Origin: a virus
Virus record (IMG/VR): IMGVR_UViG_3300037419_002082
Coordinates: 1 to 64,000 of that record
Reading direction: 5' to 3' (one strand)
DNA length: 64,000 bases
Below the pieces are notes generated by a model. It was not told where the DNA came from. It worked only from the letters and a program-made list of their open reading frames with translations, and did no database searches. A program made the position numbers and the translations under genes. This document shows, one piece after another, positions 9,995-19,976 of this stretch; the first letter of the stretch is position 1; each line of letters opens with the position of its first letter.

Positions 9995-10278
9995 TGGTTA
10001 AAAAGCAAAGTAAGCAAGAGGAAATTAAAGAAAGAGCAATTAAACATGGTCTATTATTTATTAAAAGGGAATTTAAAACAATCCGTGCTCTTGCCAAATA
10101 TACTGGCTTTAATAAATCAACTGTTCATTTAGATTTGCATAAATTAGAAGAATTTCACCCAGCCCTTTATGAAAAAGTAAAAGAAAAGTTAGATTTTAAC
10201 AATTCTACTAAACACATTCGTGGAGGAGAATCTAACAAAAAGAATATTGAAAGGAAGAAAAATAATGATAGTAAATAA
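9991..10278 (+). CDS. spoIIID: SpoIIID-like sporulation transcription regulator
   Basis: 'IKERAIK.G....KTIRALAK..G.NKSTVH.DL..L....P.L...VKE.LD.N.S.KHIRGGE' parallels B. subtilis SpoIIID. Confidence 0.85.
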   Translation: MMVKKQSKQEEIKERAIKHGLLFIKREFKTIRALAKYTGFNKSTVHLDLHKLEEFHPALYEKVKEKLDFNNSTKHIRGGESNKKNIERKKNNDSK

Positions 10279-10513
10279 ACCGCAATTTGATACTGATAAA
10301 ATTAAGCCAGGACAAGCTTATTGGTTAAAGAAAAAAGATTATAGGCAGTATAATGAAATTAATTCTCCTTGTATTATTAAAGCAATAAAGCCTTTAACTA
10401 TTGTGGTTCAATATTGGAATGATAAAGATAAGGAAATATGCCAATTAACTATTGATATTAGTAGTGTTGTAGATAAAACTTATACTTTTGAAGAAATGGT
10501 GGTAAAAATATAA
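10265..10513 (+). CDS. Hypothetical protein
   Basis: ORF translationally coupled to its neighbours; start taken at MIVNK. Confidence 0.6.
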   Translation: MIVNKPQFDTDKIKPGQAYWLKKKDYRQYNEINSPCIIKAIKPLTIVVQYWNDKDKEICQLTIDISSVVDKTYTFEEMVVKI

Positions 10514-10947
10514 TGCCGATTAATATATTTTGTGATGGTGCTTGTACTGGAAATGGCGGAAATAATCAAAAAGCAGGCATTGGAGTAGTTATTGAATGGC
10601 AGGGTAAGAAACCATTAATCTTATCCAAAGGGATTGGAGATAGGACTAATAATGAGGCAGAATACGAAGGTTTAATTGAGGCTTTACAAATAATTAGAGA
10701 TGAAAACATTAAAGATGTTAAAATTCACTCTGATAGTAATTTAATGGTTCAACAAGTAAATGGTAATTGGCAATGTAGAGATATAAAATTAAAGCCATTA
10801 TTATTTAAAGCTCAAAAAAGAATAGAATGGTTAAAAAATAATAAACATAATATAGAATTAGTATATATTCCTAGAGAATTAAATCTAGCAGATAATCCAG
10901 CTAAGAATGGAAAAGGATTAAAAGAAGGAGAAAGAATACTTTCATAG
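10513..10947 (+). CDS. rnhA: Ribonuclease HI
   Basis: 'FCDGA', 'TNNEAEY', 'SDSNL', 'IPRELNLAD' catalytic motifs. Confidence 0.9.
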   Translation: MPINIFCDGACTGNGGNNQKAGIGVVIEWQGKKPLILSKGIGDRTNNEAEYEGLIEALQIIRDENIKDVKIHSDSNLMVQQVNGNWQCRDIKLKPLLFKAQKRIEWLKNNKHNIELVYIPRELNLADNPAKNGKGLKEGERILS

Positions 10948-11112
10948 TATTCTTTTTTTTATGTTTTTTAATCTCTTGTCTTTTGGAGAAGAAAAGATTA
11001 AAACCAAAGAAGTAAACTTCTTTTAAGAAATAACAACTTTTCAGCAGCCTAGAACAGACAGAGTTATATTAGTGTCAGAAATTGTAATAGGACATACATT
11101 TCTTAACTAATT

Positions 11113-11209
11113 AAAAAAATATGTAGAAATTTGAGATATAGGCCCTATATTCTATCGCTCGTGCTTATGCAGTCGTCGCAATAGAATCTATATCTCAAAC
11201 CTCATTCTA
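11113..11209 (-). ncRNA. Candidate structured small RNA (long interrupted hairpin)
   Basis: 12-bp perfect outer stem, nested 7-bp stem and GC-rich apex; TATAAT just upstream on the minus strand; T-run downstream. Confidence 0.45.
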
Positions 11210-11256
11210 GTATCATTATATCCATAATTAAGCCTTAATATTCCTATTTTGAAAAG

Positions 11257-11271
11257 AATTTTCAGAAAATT
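11257..11271. promoter_or_regulatory. Perfect CodY box
   Basis: AATTTTCAGAAAATT matches the consensus AATTTTCWGAAAATT. Confidence 0.65.
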
Positions 11272-11405
11272 TAGAATAGTATATTTTATAATACAATTTA
11301 ATCTGTCATAAATTTCCAAAGCGGAATATAAACACAAATAAAATAAATTATATGAATGAACCTTATAATATTATAAGGTTTATTTCCGTTTTGTAGGAGG
11401 ATTCT

Positions 11406-12710
11406 ATGGCAGATAATTACTTATTAGATACTAATATTATTTTTAACGAACCTTATATTTTAAATAAATTCGATAATTGTAATATTTATATACCTGGAGT
11501 AGTGCTAGAAGAATTAGATAAATATAAGTATGATAAGGAATTAGGAATGCAAGTCCGGATATTTAATCGTATTTTGGATAAGCTGCATGAAACAAATTAT
11601 ATGACAGAAAGAAACTGTCATGTAATGTTTATGGGCGAAACATATCAAGATAGCGATTTATTTTATCTTGGTGGCAGAACTAATGATAATATTATTATTC
11701 ATACTGCTAAATGCTTAAACGAAAATTCTAAAGTTATTCTTCTTTCAAATGATATGGCGGTCAGGATAAAAGCTAGGAATTTGGCTAACATAGAGGCTAC
11801 AGGTTTAACCCAAGAATTGAATGAGAATATTACTGAAGATTTCTATAAGGGTTATTTAGAGCTAAATGTAGAGGAAGAATTATATAATACTTTATTTAAT
11901 GAAAAATTTCTTTCATTGAATCATTTTAGAGATATTAAAACTTATCCTCATATGTTCTTTGTATTACGGCCATATTCAAACCCTTCTAAATATCTATTAG
12001 CCAAAGTAGATAAAAGGAACCTATGTATAGAATTGGTCCATGAAATAAATAATGTATATGGGATTGACCCTAAGAATATACAACAGCTTATGGCATTCCA
12101 TCTTTTACTAGACCCAGAAATACCTTTAGTATCGTTAGTAGGTAAAGCAGGTTCTGGTAAGACTTTAATTACTCTTGCTGCAGCATTAGCTTTAGTGCAT
12201 GATATTAGAGATGAAAAAGGAGCACCTATTTATAAAAGAATTACATGTACTACTCCAACAGTTGATATGGGAAGAGGAATTGGGTTTCTTCCAGGAGATA
12301 AGAATGAAAAGTTAGGTCCTTATGTTCAATCTTTCTTTGATGCATTAGAGTTTATTTATGGAGATTCTTTAAATCTTAAAAATGCATTAGAAGGTTTACA
12401 AGATGAATTACAGATTGAAGCATTAAACTATATTCGTGGACGCTCTTTACCAGGACAATTCTTCATTCTAGATGAAGCACAAAATACAACTAAGCATGAA
12501 ATTAAAACAACTATTACTCGTATGGGAGAAGGCTCTAAAATTGTTATTATGGGAGACCCAGCACAGATTGATGTCCCTTATTTGGATAAGTTTAATAATG
12601 GCCTAACTTATACAATTGAGAAGTTTAAGGATAAAGGCCTTGCAGGGCACTTAGAATTAATTAAAGGAGTTCGTTCTCCACTAGCTGATATGGCAGCAGA
12701 TATTTTATAA
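11406..12710 (+). CDS. phoH: PhoH-family ATPase with N-terminal PIN domain
   Basis: 'LLDTN' PIN; 'GKAGSGKT'; 'IGFLPG'; 'YIRGRS'; 'LDEAQN'; 'GDPAQID'. Confidence 0.92.
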   Translation: MADNYLLDTNIIFNEPYILNKFDNCNIYIPGVVLEELDKYKYDKELGMQVRIFNRILDKLHETNYMTERNCHVMFMGETYQDSDLFYLGGRTNDNIIIHTAKCLNENSKVILLSNDMAVRIKARNLANIEATGLTQELNENITEDFYKGYLELNVEEELYNTLFNEKFLSLNHFRDIKTYPHMFFVLRPYSNPSKYLLAKVDKRNLCIELVHEINNVYGIDPKNIQQLMAFHLLLDPEIPLVSLVGKAGSGKTLITLAAALALVHDIRDEKGAPIYKRITCTTPTVDMGRGIGFLPGDKNEKLGPYVQSFFDALEFIYGDSLNLKNALEGLQDELQIEALNYIRGRSLPGQFFILDEAQNTTKHEIKTTITRMGEGSKIVIMGDPAQIDVPYLDKFNNGLTYTIEKFKDKGLAGHLELIKGVRSPLADMAADIL

Positions 12711-12721
12711 GAGGTGTAATA

Positions 12722-13009
12722 ATGGGAAGAAAAGATGAAATTTTAGTTGTATTTGAAACTTGCCAAAGAGCTAATTGGTTTATAGAAGATAAAATATTAC
12801 CATTAATGCCTTTCTTAAAAAAGAAGGATGCATGCACTTACGAAAGTGATACTTATACTGTAAGGGCATTATCATTTTCACGAGAGGATAATTTAAGAGG
12901 AAGGAGACCTGATTTTATTTATTTATCAGATGAATGTTCGCTTAAACAATACCAAACTATACTTGGGCTGGTTTTAGGTGACCATGGAAAAATTAAGGTT
13001 GTGATGTAA
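12722..13009 (+). CDS. Hypothetical protein
   Basis: ORF with GAGGTG RBS; 'LRGRRPDFIYLSDE' resembles an ATPase fragment. Confidence 0.55.
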   Translation: MGRKDEILVVFETCQRANWFIEDKILPLMPFLKKKDACTYESDTYTVRALSFSREDNLRGRRPDFIYLSDECSLKQYQTILGLVLGDHGKIKVVM

Positions 13010-13551
13010 TGTCTGGAAAAGATATAAGCAAGAATAAAGTCTTTATGTCACCTTATAAAGCAGATATTGAACAGAGATTGGCTATTGGTCAATCTCCTAG
13101 AAGTATTGCAAATTGGCTTAAAGCACGTGGTGAAGATATAAGCTATGCAACAATAAATGAATACAAAAAAATGTACTTTAATGTAGATGCAGCTGCAGGT
13201 CAAATTGTTAAGCAGAAACAGGAAGAATTAAAAAACGAAGATTTAGAGACTCAAAATAAGCTAATGGAAACACAGAGAAATATGCAATTAGCTAATATTA
13301 GAGCAATTAACCATGTATCTTTACTTTATAATAACTTACATGATATGACAGAATATTTGGCCAAATTACAAAGCTATGACCCAGTTGTTGCAGCCCATGC
13401 TGCTAAAGGATTATACGCAGAAATTCGTGCTACAATAGAGACCTTGGAGAAGTTAAAAGATAAAGAAGGTGCAGGCGATGATTCCAGTGTTGCTAAATTA
13501 CTTAGCAGCATGAAAAAGAAAAAGAGGGAGATGGAAGAAAATGGAGAATAA
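13009..13551 (+). CDS. Putative terminase small subunit
   Basis: N-terminal HTH ('QSPRSIANWLKARGEDISYATI') plus helical region, upstream of terL. Confidence 0.55.
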   Translation: MSGKDISKNKVFMSPYKADIEQRLAIGQSPRSIANWLKARGEDISYATINEYKKMYFNVDAAAGQIVKQKQEELKNEDLETQNKLMETQRNMQLANIRAINHVSLLYNNLHDMTEYLAKLQSYDPVVAAHAAKGLYAEIRATIETLEKLKDKEGAGDDSSVAKLLSSMKKKKREMEENGE

Positions 13552-13786
13552 TGAACAGCATTGGCGTGAAATACTAAATAAAGAATGGTCCAAAGATTTT
13601 CCAACCCTAACAGCACAAGAAATACAAAAGATGATTAGAATGGCATTTTATCAGCTATTTCTAATCGAAGTAGACCATATTAAGATAATTAGTGATATTG
13701 GCTCAGGTGGACATTATGTTAAATTTGAAATAGAAGGGGAAGCTTTTTTAGATGGTGCCAATATTGAAGAATTTGAAGAAGAGTGA
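13541..13786 (+). CDS. Hypothetical protein
   Basis: Overlapping ORF in operon. Confidence 0.55.
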   Translation: MENNEQHWREILNKEWSKDFPTLTAQEIQKMIRMAFYQLFLIEVDHIKIISDIGSGGHYVKFEIEGEAFLDGANIEEFEEE

Positions 13787-13861
13787 AAACTCTTCTTTAT
13801 TTTTGTGGAAATTATTTCATAATTGTTATATAATAATGATATAATTAAGAGAGGTGATATT

Positions 13862-14659
13862 ATGTTATTAGATAAAGAAATTACAATTAAATGGTCAAAT
13901 ATGACAAAAAAACATTATGAATCTTTAGGTTATGTTTTTAAATATATGGGAGAATTAAAAATCCCAATAGAGCATCTTTATGAAAATAGCAATCATGAAG
14001 TAAATATAAAATGTGATTATTGTGGAAAGAATTTTACTAAAAGATATTGTGTTTATATTAAAGGAAAAAATACAGGTAAGGATGCATGTAAAAAATGCAG
14101 CGGAAAAAAGATTAGCGAAAATTTATTAAAAGACAATTCTTTATTAGATAAATTCCCAGAATTAGCTAAAGAATTTTCTAATGAAAATAATGAAAGCCCT
14201 AATGAAATTTATTGCTATTCTAGAAATAGATATTTGTGGGTATGCAATAAAGGCCATAAATATGAAGCTACTCCAGATGATAGAATCAAACATAACATTA
14301 ATTGCCCAAGATGTCCTAAAAATAGAGATTCTTTTGGAGAAAGGAAAATTAATGAATTTTTAAAAAGTAATAACATATTTTTTGAAAAACAATACTATTT
14401 TAAAAACTTATTAAGTGAAAATGGAAATCCACTTAAGTATGATTTTGCAATATTTAAAGATAATAAATTGTACTGTTTAATAGAGTTTGATGGAAGACAG
14501 CATTTTGAACCAGTATTTGGAGAAGATGTTTTTAATATTACAGTAAATAGAGATAATTTAAAAAATGCTTATTGCAAAAACAATAATATTAAATTAATTC
14601 GTATAGAATATTGGAACTTAAAAAATATAAGAAATATTTTACAAAATATAATGGAATAA
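13862..14659 (+). mobile_element. Free-standing homing-endonuclease-like gene (zinc ribbons plus PD-(D/E)xK/Vsr-like domain)
   Basis: CxxC repeats, 'W.C.KGH.Y.A...R.....CP.C', 'S.GE', 'YDFAI', 'IEFDGRQH', 'RD..KN.YC....I.LIRI'; own promoter; inserted before terL. Confidence 0.75.
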
Positions 14660-14734
14660 AATTGATGCCTTTTTTAAAGATATAAGAGACATATAATGTC
14701 TCTTATTTTTTTTGTGTTTAAAAGAGGTGAAATT

Positions 14735-16444
14735 ATGGCTTTTGAATTTGAGGGGAAATATTATTATACTCCCCATGAAGCTTTAGAAGATAATCCAAAT
14801 GTTATGTCTGACCCTATATGGTTTTGTGAATCTTTTTTAACAGTACCGGATGGGGAAGACGGTATACAACCATTTAGATTTGATAAACCAGATAAAAACG
14901 AATATAGAAATTATCTTTTTGATATGTATAGAGATAAAGACCCAAGAGTAATTGTTGTTACAGGCCGACAAGTAGAAAAGTCAACTATGTGTAGGAATAA
15001 AATATTAGCAGATATGCATTTAAATGAAGGTTTAACTGCTCTATATACTGCTCCAAGACAAGAGCAGGTTACTCGTTTTTCTGCAGAACGTGTAAAGAAT
15101 GCTATGAGAGATTCACAAGGTGGAGCTCTTAAAGATTCTATATTAAAGAAAGGTAAAGATACCTCCTCTTTCATCCAATTTGACTCCAAATGTAATATGT
15201 ACCTATATAGTTGTTGGGCTGATGGAGATGCTATCCGTGGTATTGCAGCTCAAAGAGTTTACGCCGATGAAGTACAAGATATGACAGCAGCTTCAAGGGA
15301 AACTGTATCTGAGTGTTTAGGTCACGCCGCTGGTGGTGGACAAATGCTTCATTTTGGAACACCAAAAAACAGTGGTTCTGAATTTCACAGACTATGGGAA
15401 ATGTCAGATAAGAAAGAGTGGTATATTGAATGCCAAAATCCTAAATGTAAACATCAACAGAAAATGTCAATGAATAATATCTTTAAGCCAAATGAAAATA
15501 AACCTGCTTACTTTGGTTGCACTAAATGTAAGAAAGAGCTAGATAGAAGTAAAGGTAGATGGATTTCAGAAAACAGAGAAAATTCTAAAATGTCTGGTTA
15601 TCATATTACCCAGCTTATGGTGTCATGGATAAGTGCAGACCAAATTCTTTACAAACGTGCTACTTATTCTGAGCAGAAATTTAAAAATGAGGTATTAGGA
15701 GAATTTCATAATGTCTATGGTAAAACATTGGATATGCAAAATATTATGGACTGTACTGACGCAAATAGAACACTTAGTGATAAAGGTCACAAGGGTCCGA
15801 ATTATATGGGCGTCGACTGGGGTTCTGGTAACAATTCTTTTTCTGTTATCACTATTGTCGGACCTGAAATCATTGATGGAGAAGAAAAATTAGTTTACAG
15901 ATATGTAAATAAATATAACTCTTCCGGATATGGTAAAGTAATAAGCGATATTTTAAAACTACAAAAGTTATATAATGTAGAAAATATCGTAATAGATATC
16001 GGGGATGCACGAAGACAGTTTGAAGAATTATTAGTAGAATTACCAAATACTGTTGCAGCTTGTCAATATGTATTGGCTCTTAAAACTCCATATAAATGGG
16101 ATAGAAAAACAAGAATCCATACTTGCGATAGAAGTTATCATATTGAAAAGGTAATTGATTTATTCCATAAACAAAGGATAGTTATTCCTTATGATAAATT
16201 AACTATTCAAGTTACGGATAGATTACAATGGTTATTTGAACATTTAACATCTCTAGAAGCAGAATGGGTAGAGCCTACTTCAGGAAATACTGGTTATACT
16301 CGATATCTTCACAGCAATCCAGATGATGGATATCAATCGCTTGTGTATGCCTGGCTTGCATATGATAGAAGAAAGAATAGAGTAAAAAGTACAATTAGGA
16401 TAAAAACAGAGGACTGGAGTCAATTGTTTAAACTAGATGAATAA
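14735..16444 (+). CDS. terL: Terminase large subunit (GpA-like)
   Basis: Walker A 'GRQVEKST', Walker B 'YADEVQD', 'FGTP', zinc insert, nuclease 'MGVDWG' and 'PDDGYQS'. Confidence 0.9.
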   Translation: MAFEFEGKYYYTPHEALEDNPNVMSDPIWFCESFLTVPDGEDGIQPFRFDKPDKNEYRNYLFDMYRDKDPRVIVVTGRQVEKSTMCRNKILADMHLNEGLTALYTAPRQEQVTRFSAERVKNAMRDSQGGALKDSILKKGKDTSSFIQFDSKCNMYLYSCWADGDAIRGIAAQRVYADEVQDMTAASRETVSECLGHAAGGGQMLHFGTPKNSGSEFHRLWEMSDKKEWYIECQNPKCKHQQKMSMNNIFKPNENKPAYFGCTKCKKELDRSKGRWISENRENSKMSGYHITQLMVSWISADQILYKRATYSEQKFKNEVLGEFHNVYGKTLDMQNIMDCTDANRTLSDKGHKGPNYMGVDWGSGNNSFSVITIVGPEIIDGEEKLVYRYVNKYNSSGYGKVISDILKLQKLYNVENIVIDIGDARRQFEELLVELPNTVAACQYVLALKTPYKWDRKTRIHTCDRSYHIEKVIDLFHKQRIVIPYDKLTIQVTDRLQWLFEHLTSLEAEWVEPTSGNTGYTRYLHSNPDDGYQSLVYAWLAYDRRKNRVKSTIRIKTEDWSQLFKLDE

Positions 16445-16525
16445 AATATAGCTTTAAAAATTTTAGTATAAATTATTGGAAAAGTATCATTATAAACTAG
16501 TAAGGTATTCAATTCCATTCCTCTT

Positions 16526-16554
16526 TGGGTGTCCTCTTGGGGCACCCATTTTTT
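16526..16554 (+). terminator. GC-rich hairpin plus U-tract immediately upstream of the portal RBS
   Basis: TGGGTGTCC...GGGGCACCCA TTTTTT. Confidence 0.6.
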
Positions 16555-16573
16555 AGATAAGGAGTATGATACA

Positions 16574-17962
16574 ATGGCAAATCCTTTTAGTAAGATAACA
16601 GAATTTTTTAAAAGTTTTGCCAGCTCTGATATTAAGGGCAGGGGTAAAACATATCCAAACAAATCACAACTTTTATACGGTAAAATGGCCGTTGAAAATG
16701 ATAGAAAAAAAATGTATGAAGAATGCTGGGTAATGTACAATGAAGATGCTCGAATTTCTGCTGCCATTGATACTACTGCAGGTTCTGCAACTAATGGCAC
16801 ATTTACAATTAAATTTAATAATGTGAAAACAGACAAGCAATCTATATTAGATGATGCAGAGGAAATTATGGAAGGCATTACTAAGAAAACTAAGCTCAAA
16901 GGTAAAGTATCTCCTATCGCAAAAGAGTTACTTATTTTAGGCGATGTATTCTTAGAAATTGTTGTAGATTTTACTAAAAATGAAATTGTAGATTTAAAGA
17001 AATTACCAGCTAGAACTATTGAAAGAATTGAAGACGAATTTGGTACACTAACTGGATTTGTTCAAAAAGACGATTTAGGTCTAGTAATTGCTGAATTTGA
17101 ACCATGGCAAATTCTTCATATGAGATGGAATAATTTCACTGGTCAAATGTATGGTACATCTATGCTTAGAGGTATTAGATTATTATACAAGAAATTAAAA
17201 ATGACAGAAGAAGATTTAGTTATTCGCCGTAGAACAAGAGCTGGGTTAAAGCTTCATCATTATGGTGCTACTCCAGAAGAACCATTAGAACAAGATGAAG
17301 TAGATGAATATATTGCTATGAATAATTCTACTGCTATGAATGTTCGTACAGATTTCTATTCTAATGGTAAATGGAAGATTGATGTACTTCGTTCTGATGA
17401 TGGCGTATCTGAAATTGCAGATGTTAAGCACTTAGAAAATGCTCTATTTGTAGGACTAAGAACACCTAAAGGATTATTAGGTATTGGAGAAGATACAAAT
17501 AAAGCTACTCTTGAACGACAAGAGGTTGCTTATATTCGACTATTGAATGAAATAGACGAAGTAATTGGAGACCAAATTCGCCATGTATTTGATATCGGAT
17601 TACAGTTAAAAGGAATTAGTCCAGATGCTGTAGATTATGAATTGTTATGGCAAGAAAAGACAATTGAAGATATGAATACAAAAGTTGAACGTTTAATTCT
17701 TCAAGCTAACGGTGGATTTATTTCTAAGCAGACTGGTACAAATGAAATGGGCTACAACTTTGAAGATGAAATGCATAGGATTGAACAAGAAAGAAAAGAA
17801 TATGATTTCCTACAATTTGATGCTACTAAACTTGTTAATGGCAATCCAAATCCTAGTCCTGCTTCTCAAATTCAAAGCACAAGAGAAAAAGTAAAACATC
17901 AAGGAAGAACAGATTCCGGCAAAGAAAATCAAAAAACTAAAATGAAGGATAGTGGTAAGTAA
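16574..17962 (+). CDS. Portal protein
   Basis: Position after terL; 'LLILGDVFLE', 'ILHMRW...YGTSML'; AAGGAG RBS. Confidence 0.85.
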   Translation: MANPFSKITEFFKSFASSDIKGRGKTYPNKSQLLYGKMAVENDRKKMYEECWVMYNEDARISAAIDTTAGSATNGTFTIKFNNVKTDKQSILDDAEEIMEGITKKTKLKGKVSPIAKELLILGDVFLEIVVDFTKNEIVDLKKLPARTIERIEDEFGTLTGFVQKDDLGLVIAEFEPWQILHMRWNNFTGQMYGTSMLRGIRLLYKKLKMTEEDLVIRRRTRAGLKLHHYGATPEEPLEQDEVDEYIAMNNSTAMNVRTDFYSNGKWKIDVLRSDDGVSEIADVKHLENALFVGLRTPKGLLGIGEDTNKATLERQEVAYIRLLNEIDEVIGDQIRHVFDIGLQLKGISPDAVDYELLWQEKTIEDMNTKVERLILQANGGFISKQTGTNEMGYNFEDEMHRIEQERKEYDFLQFDATKLVNGNPNPSPASQIQSTREKVKHQGRTDSGKENQKTKMKDSGK

Positions 17963-18819
17963 TGGCTATTTTAAATGATATGGCAGGTCAAGCATTGACT
18001 TTTATGGATAAGAGAAAAAAGGTTGAAGAACAACGTAGAAAGGAAATGCTTAAAAAAAATGAACAAATGTTCAAAGAATTAGTAGCTGCCTTATTATTAG
18101 CCGGTCAAATTAATATAGCTTTCTTACCAACCTTCATTCAGAATGAATTAAAGCCGATAATTGATAAATATAAAAATGAACAGATGGCTTTTGTGGACAC
18201 ATTTATTAGAGATGATTTTACAGTAGGTATTCAAACTGGTCAAAAACTATTATCTTTAGCTAATGAAGAAATTACACCATATGATGCTAATATGAAGGAT
18301 AATGAATATGAAAAGGTATTAGTAGCTCTTCTCTTATATGCTGAAAGAGTAATAGAGAATCAACATGAAAACTTGATTAATAATCTTAATAGAGATATAA
18401 CTAGCATTTATATTTCTAATAAGCAGGCTTCTAAAAAAGAAGTACAAAATGATGTTAATGCAGAGAAAAATTCTACCTTAAACACAATTTTAACTGGTGC
18501 ATTAATAAGTAAGTATATAAATCCAACTTTTAAAAATATTAACAATAGGACAGACATGACTGCTCAAAATGAAACTAATAGAGCATTAAATCATGGTATT
18601 TTAATGCGATATATAATTGCTAAAAGAGATAATTTTTCCGGACTACAAGTTAAATGGCTTGAAGTACGAGATGAAAGATTATGTAAATATTGTAGAGATG
18701 CTGCTAATGGTGGAGAACATGGCAATGGAGTTTATGATATAGATGATATTGCACCACCACCATTACATTCCAGATGTAGATGTATTTTAATACCATTTTT
18801 ATCAAGGTGGGGTGAGTAA
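17962..18819 (+). CDS. Minor head morphogenesis protein (SPP1 gp7/Mu gpF-like)
   Basis: 'W....DER.C..C' and 'PPLHSRCRC'. Confidence 0.85.
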   Translation: MAILNDMAGQALTFMDKRKKVEEQRRKEMLKKNEQMFKELVAALLLAGQINIAFLPTFIQNELKPIIDKYKNEQMAFVDTFIRDDFTVGIQTGQKLLSLANEEITPYDANMKDNEYEKVLVALLLYAERVIENQHENLINNLNRDITSIYISNKQASKKEVQNDVNAEKNSTLNTILTGALISKYINPTFKNINNRTDMTAQNETNRALNHGILMRYIIAKRDNFSGLQVKWLEVRDERLCKYCRDAANGGEHGNGVYDIDDIAPPPLHSRCRCILIPFLSRWGE

Positions 18820-19947
18820 ATGTTTAAGATTATTCAAGAAGCACTTGAAAATGAAAATAAAGCCTTTAAATTTAAAGGTATTGCAATGATTAAAGATAGT
18901 ATTTCTGGTAATGGTCGCCGCTATGGTGGAGAATTAGTTGAAAATACTGTTAAAGCAATTAAAACTATTTTGGAATCGACTGGCTCTTATCCATTGAGTG
19001 TTATGGCAGACCATCCTGGTATGGTATCCAATAAAACTTTAACTACTGTAGGTAAGATTACTGACATTTATATGGAAGGTAATAATGCTATCATTGAAGC
19101 AGAAATTGCTAATACATCTATTGGAAAAGATGTACAAGAACTTATCCGTGGTAAATTTGTAGAGGGGCTTTCAATTAGAGCATCTAAAGCAAAAATGAAA
19201 AAAGTGAATATTGATGGCCAAATTGTTAATGATGTACTAGAGATGGAATTGATGGGTGTTGATTTAGTTACTAATCCTGGTGTTAAAGGCGCTAGAGTAT
19301 TAGACATACTTGAATCTAATGAGCATTCCGGAGTATATGTCTCTATTGATGAAGAAGAAATTGTAAGTGAGGAGGACAAAATGGATTACTCTAAAATTAC
19401 TTTAGAAGAGCTTAAGCAGCAACGTGCTGACTTAATTAATGTATTGAAAGACGAATTCAAGCCTGTTATTGAATCAGAGCTTGGAGTGAATGATTTACAA
19501 GAGTCTGTTAATAATCTTACTACTGAGAAAAAAGACCTTGAAGAGTCTTTAGAAACAATTAAAGGTGAAAAAGAAACTCTTGAGGGCGAACTTTCTACTG
19601 CTAAAACTTCATTAGAAGAAGCGCAAAATGAATTAAAAAATATTAAAGAAGCTGAAGAAGCAGCTCAAAAAGCAGCTGAAAAAGCTAAACTTGATGCACA
19701 TATTGCAGAATCTATTTCTAAACTTAAGTTTGCTGATTCTATTAAAGAAAAAATTAAAGCTAAAGTTGAAGTTTTAGAATCTGCTGAAGAAGTAGATACT
19801 AAAATTGCAGAAGAAGTAGAATTCCTAAATATGGTTATTAAAGAATCTACTGGTATTGATTTATCCGGAAAAGGTCACACTGGTGAAAATAACCCAGATA
19901 AAATTAACGAAGATGAAGAATTCCGCCGTATGGTAATGGAATCTTAA
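18820..19947 (+). CDS. Prohead protease fused to scaffold
   Basis: 'GNGRRY', 'ADHP', 'GLSIR', 'DLVTNPG', then an acidic coiled coil. Confidence 0.85.
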   Translation: MFKIIQEALENENKAFKFKGIAMIKDSISGNGRRYGGELVENTVKAIKTILESTGSYPLSVMADHPGMVSNKTLTTVGKITDIYMEGNNAIIEAEIANTSIGKDVQELIRGKFVEGLSIRASKAKMKKVNIDGQIVNDVLEMELMGVDLVTNPGVKGARVLDILESNEHSGVYVSIDEEEIVSEEDKMDYSKITLEELKQQRADLINVLKDEFKPVIESELGVNDLQESVNNLTTEKKDLEESLETIKGEKETLEGELSTAKTSLEEAQNELKNIKEAEEAAQKAAEKAKLDAHIAESISKLKFADSIKEKIKAKVEVLESAEEVDTKIAEEVEFLNMVIKESTGIDLSGKGHTGENNPDKINEDEEFRRMVMES

Positions 19948-19976
19948 TTTAGCGGATAATAGGAGGAATAACATAA

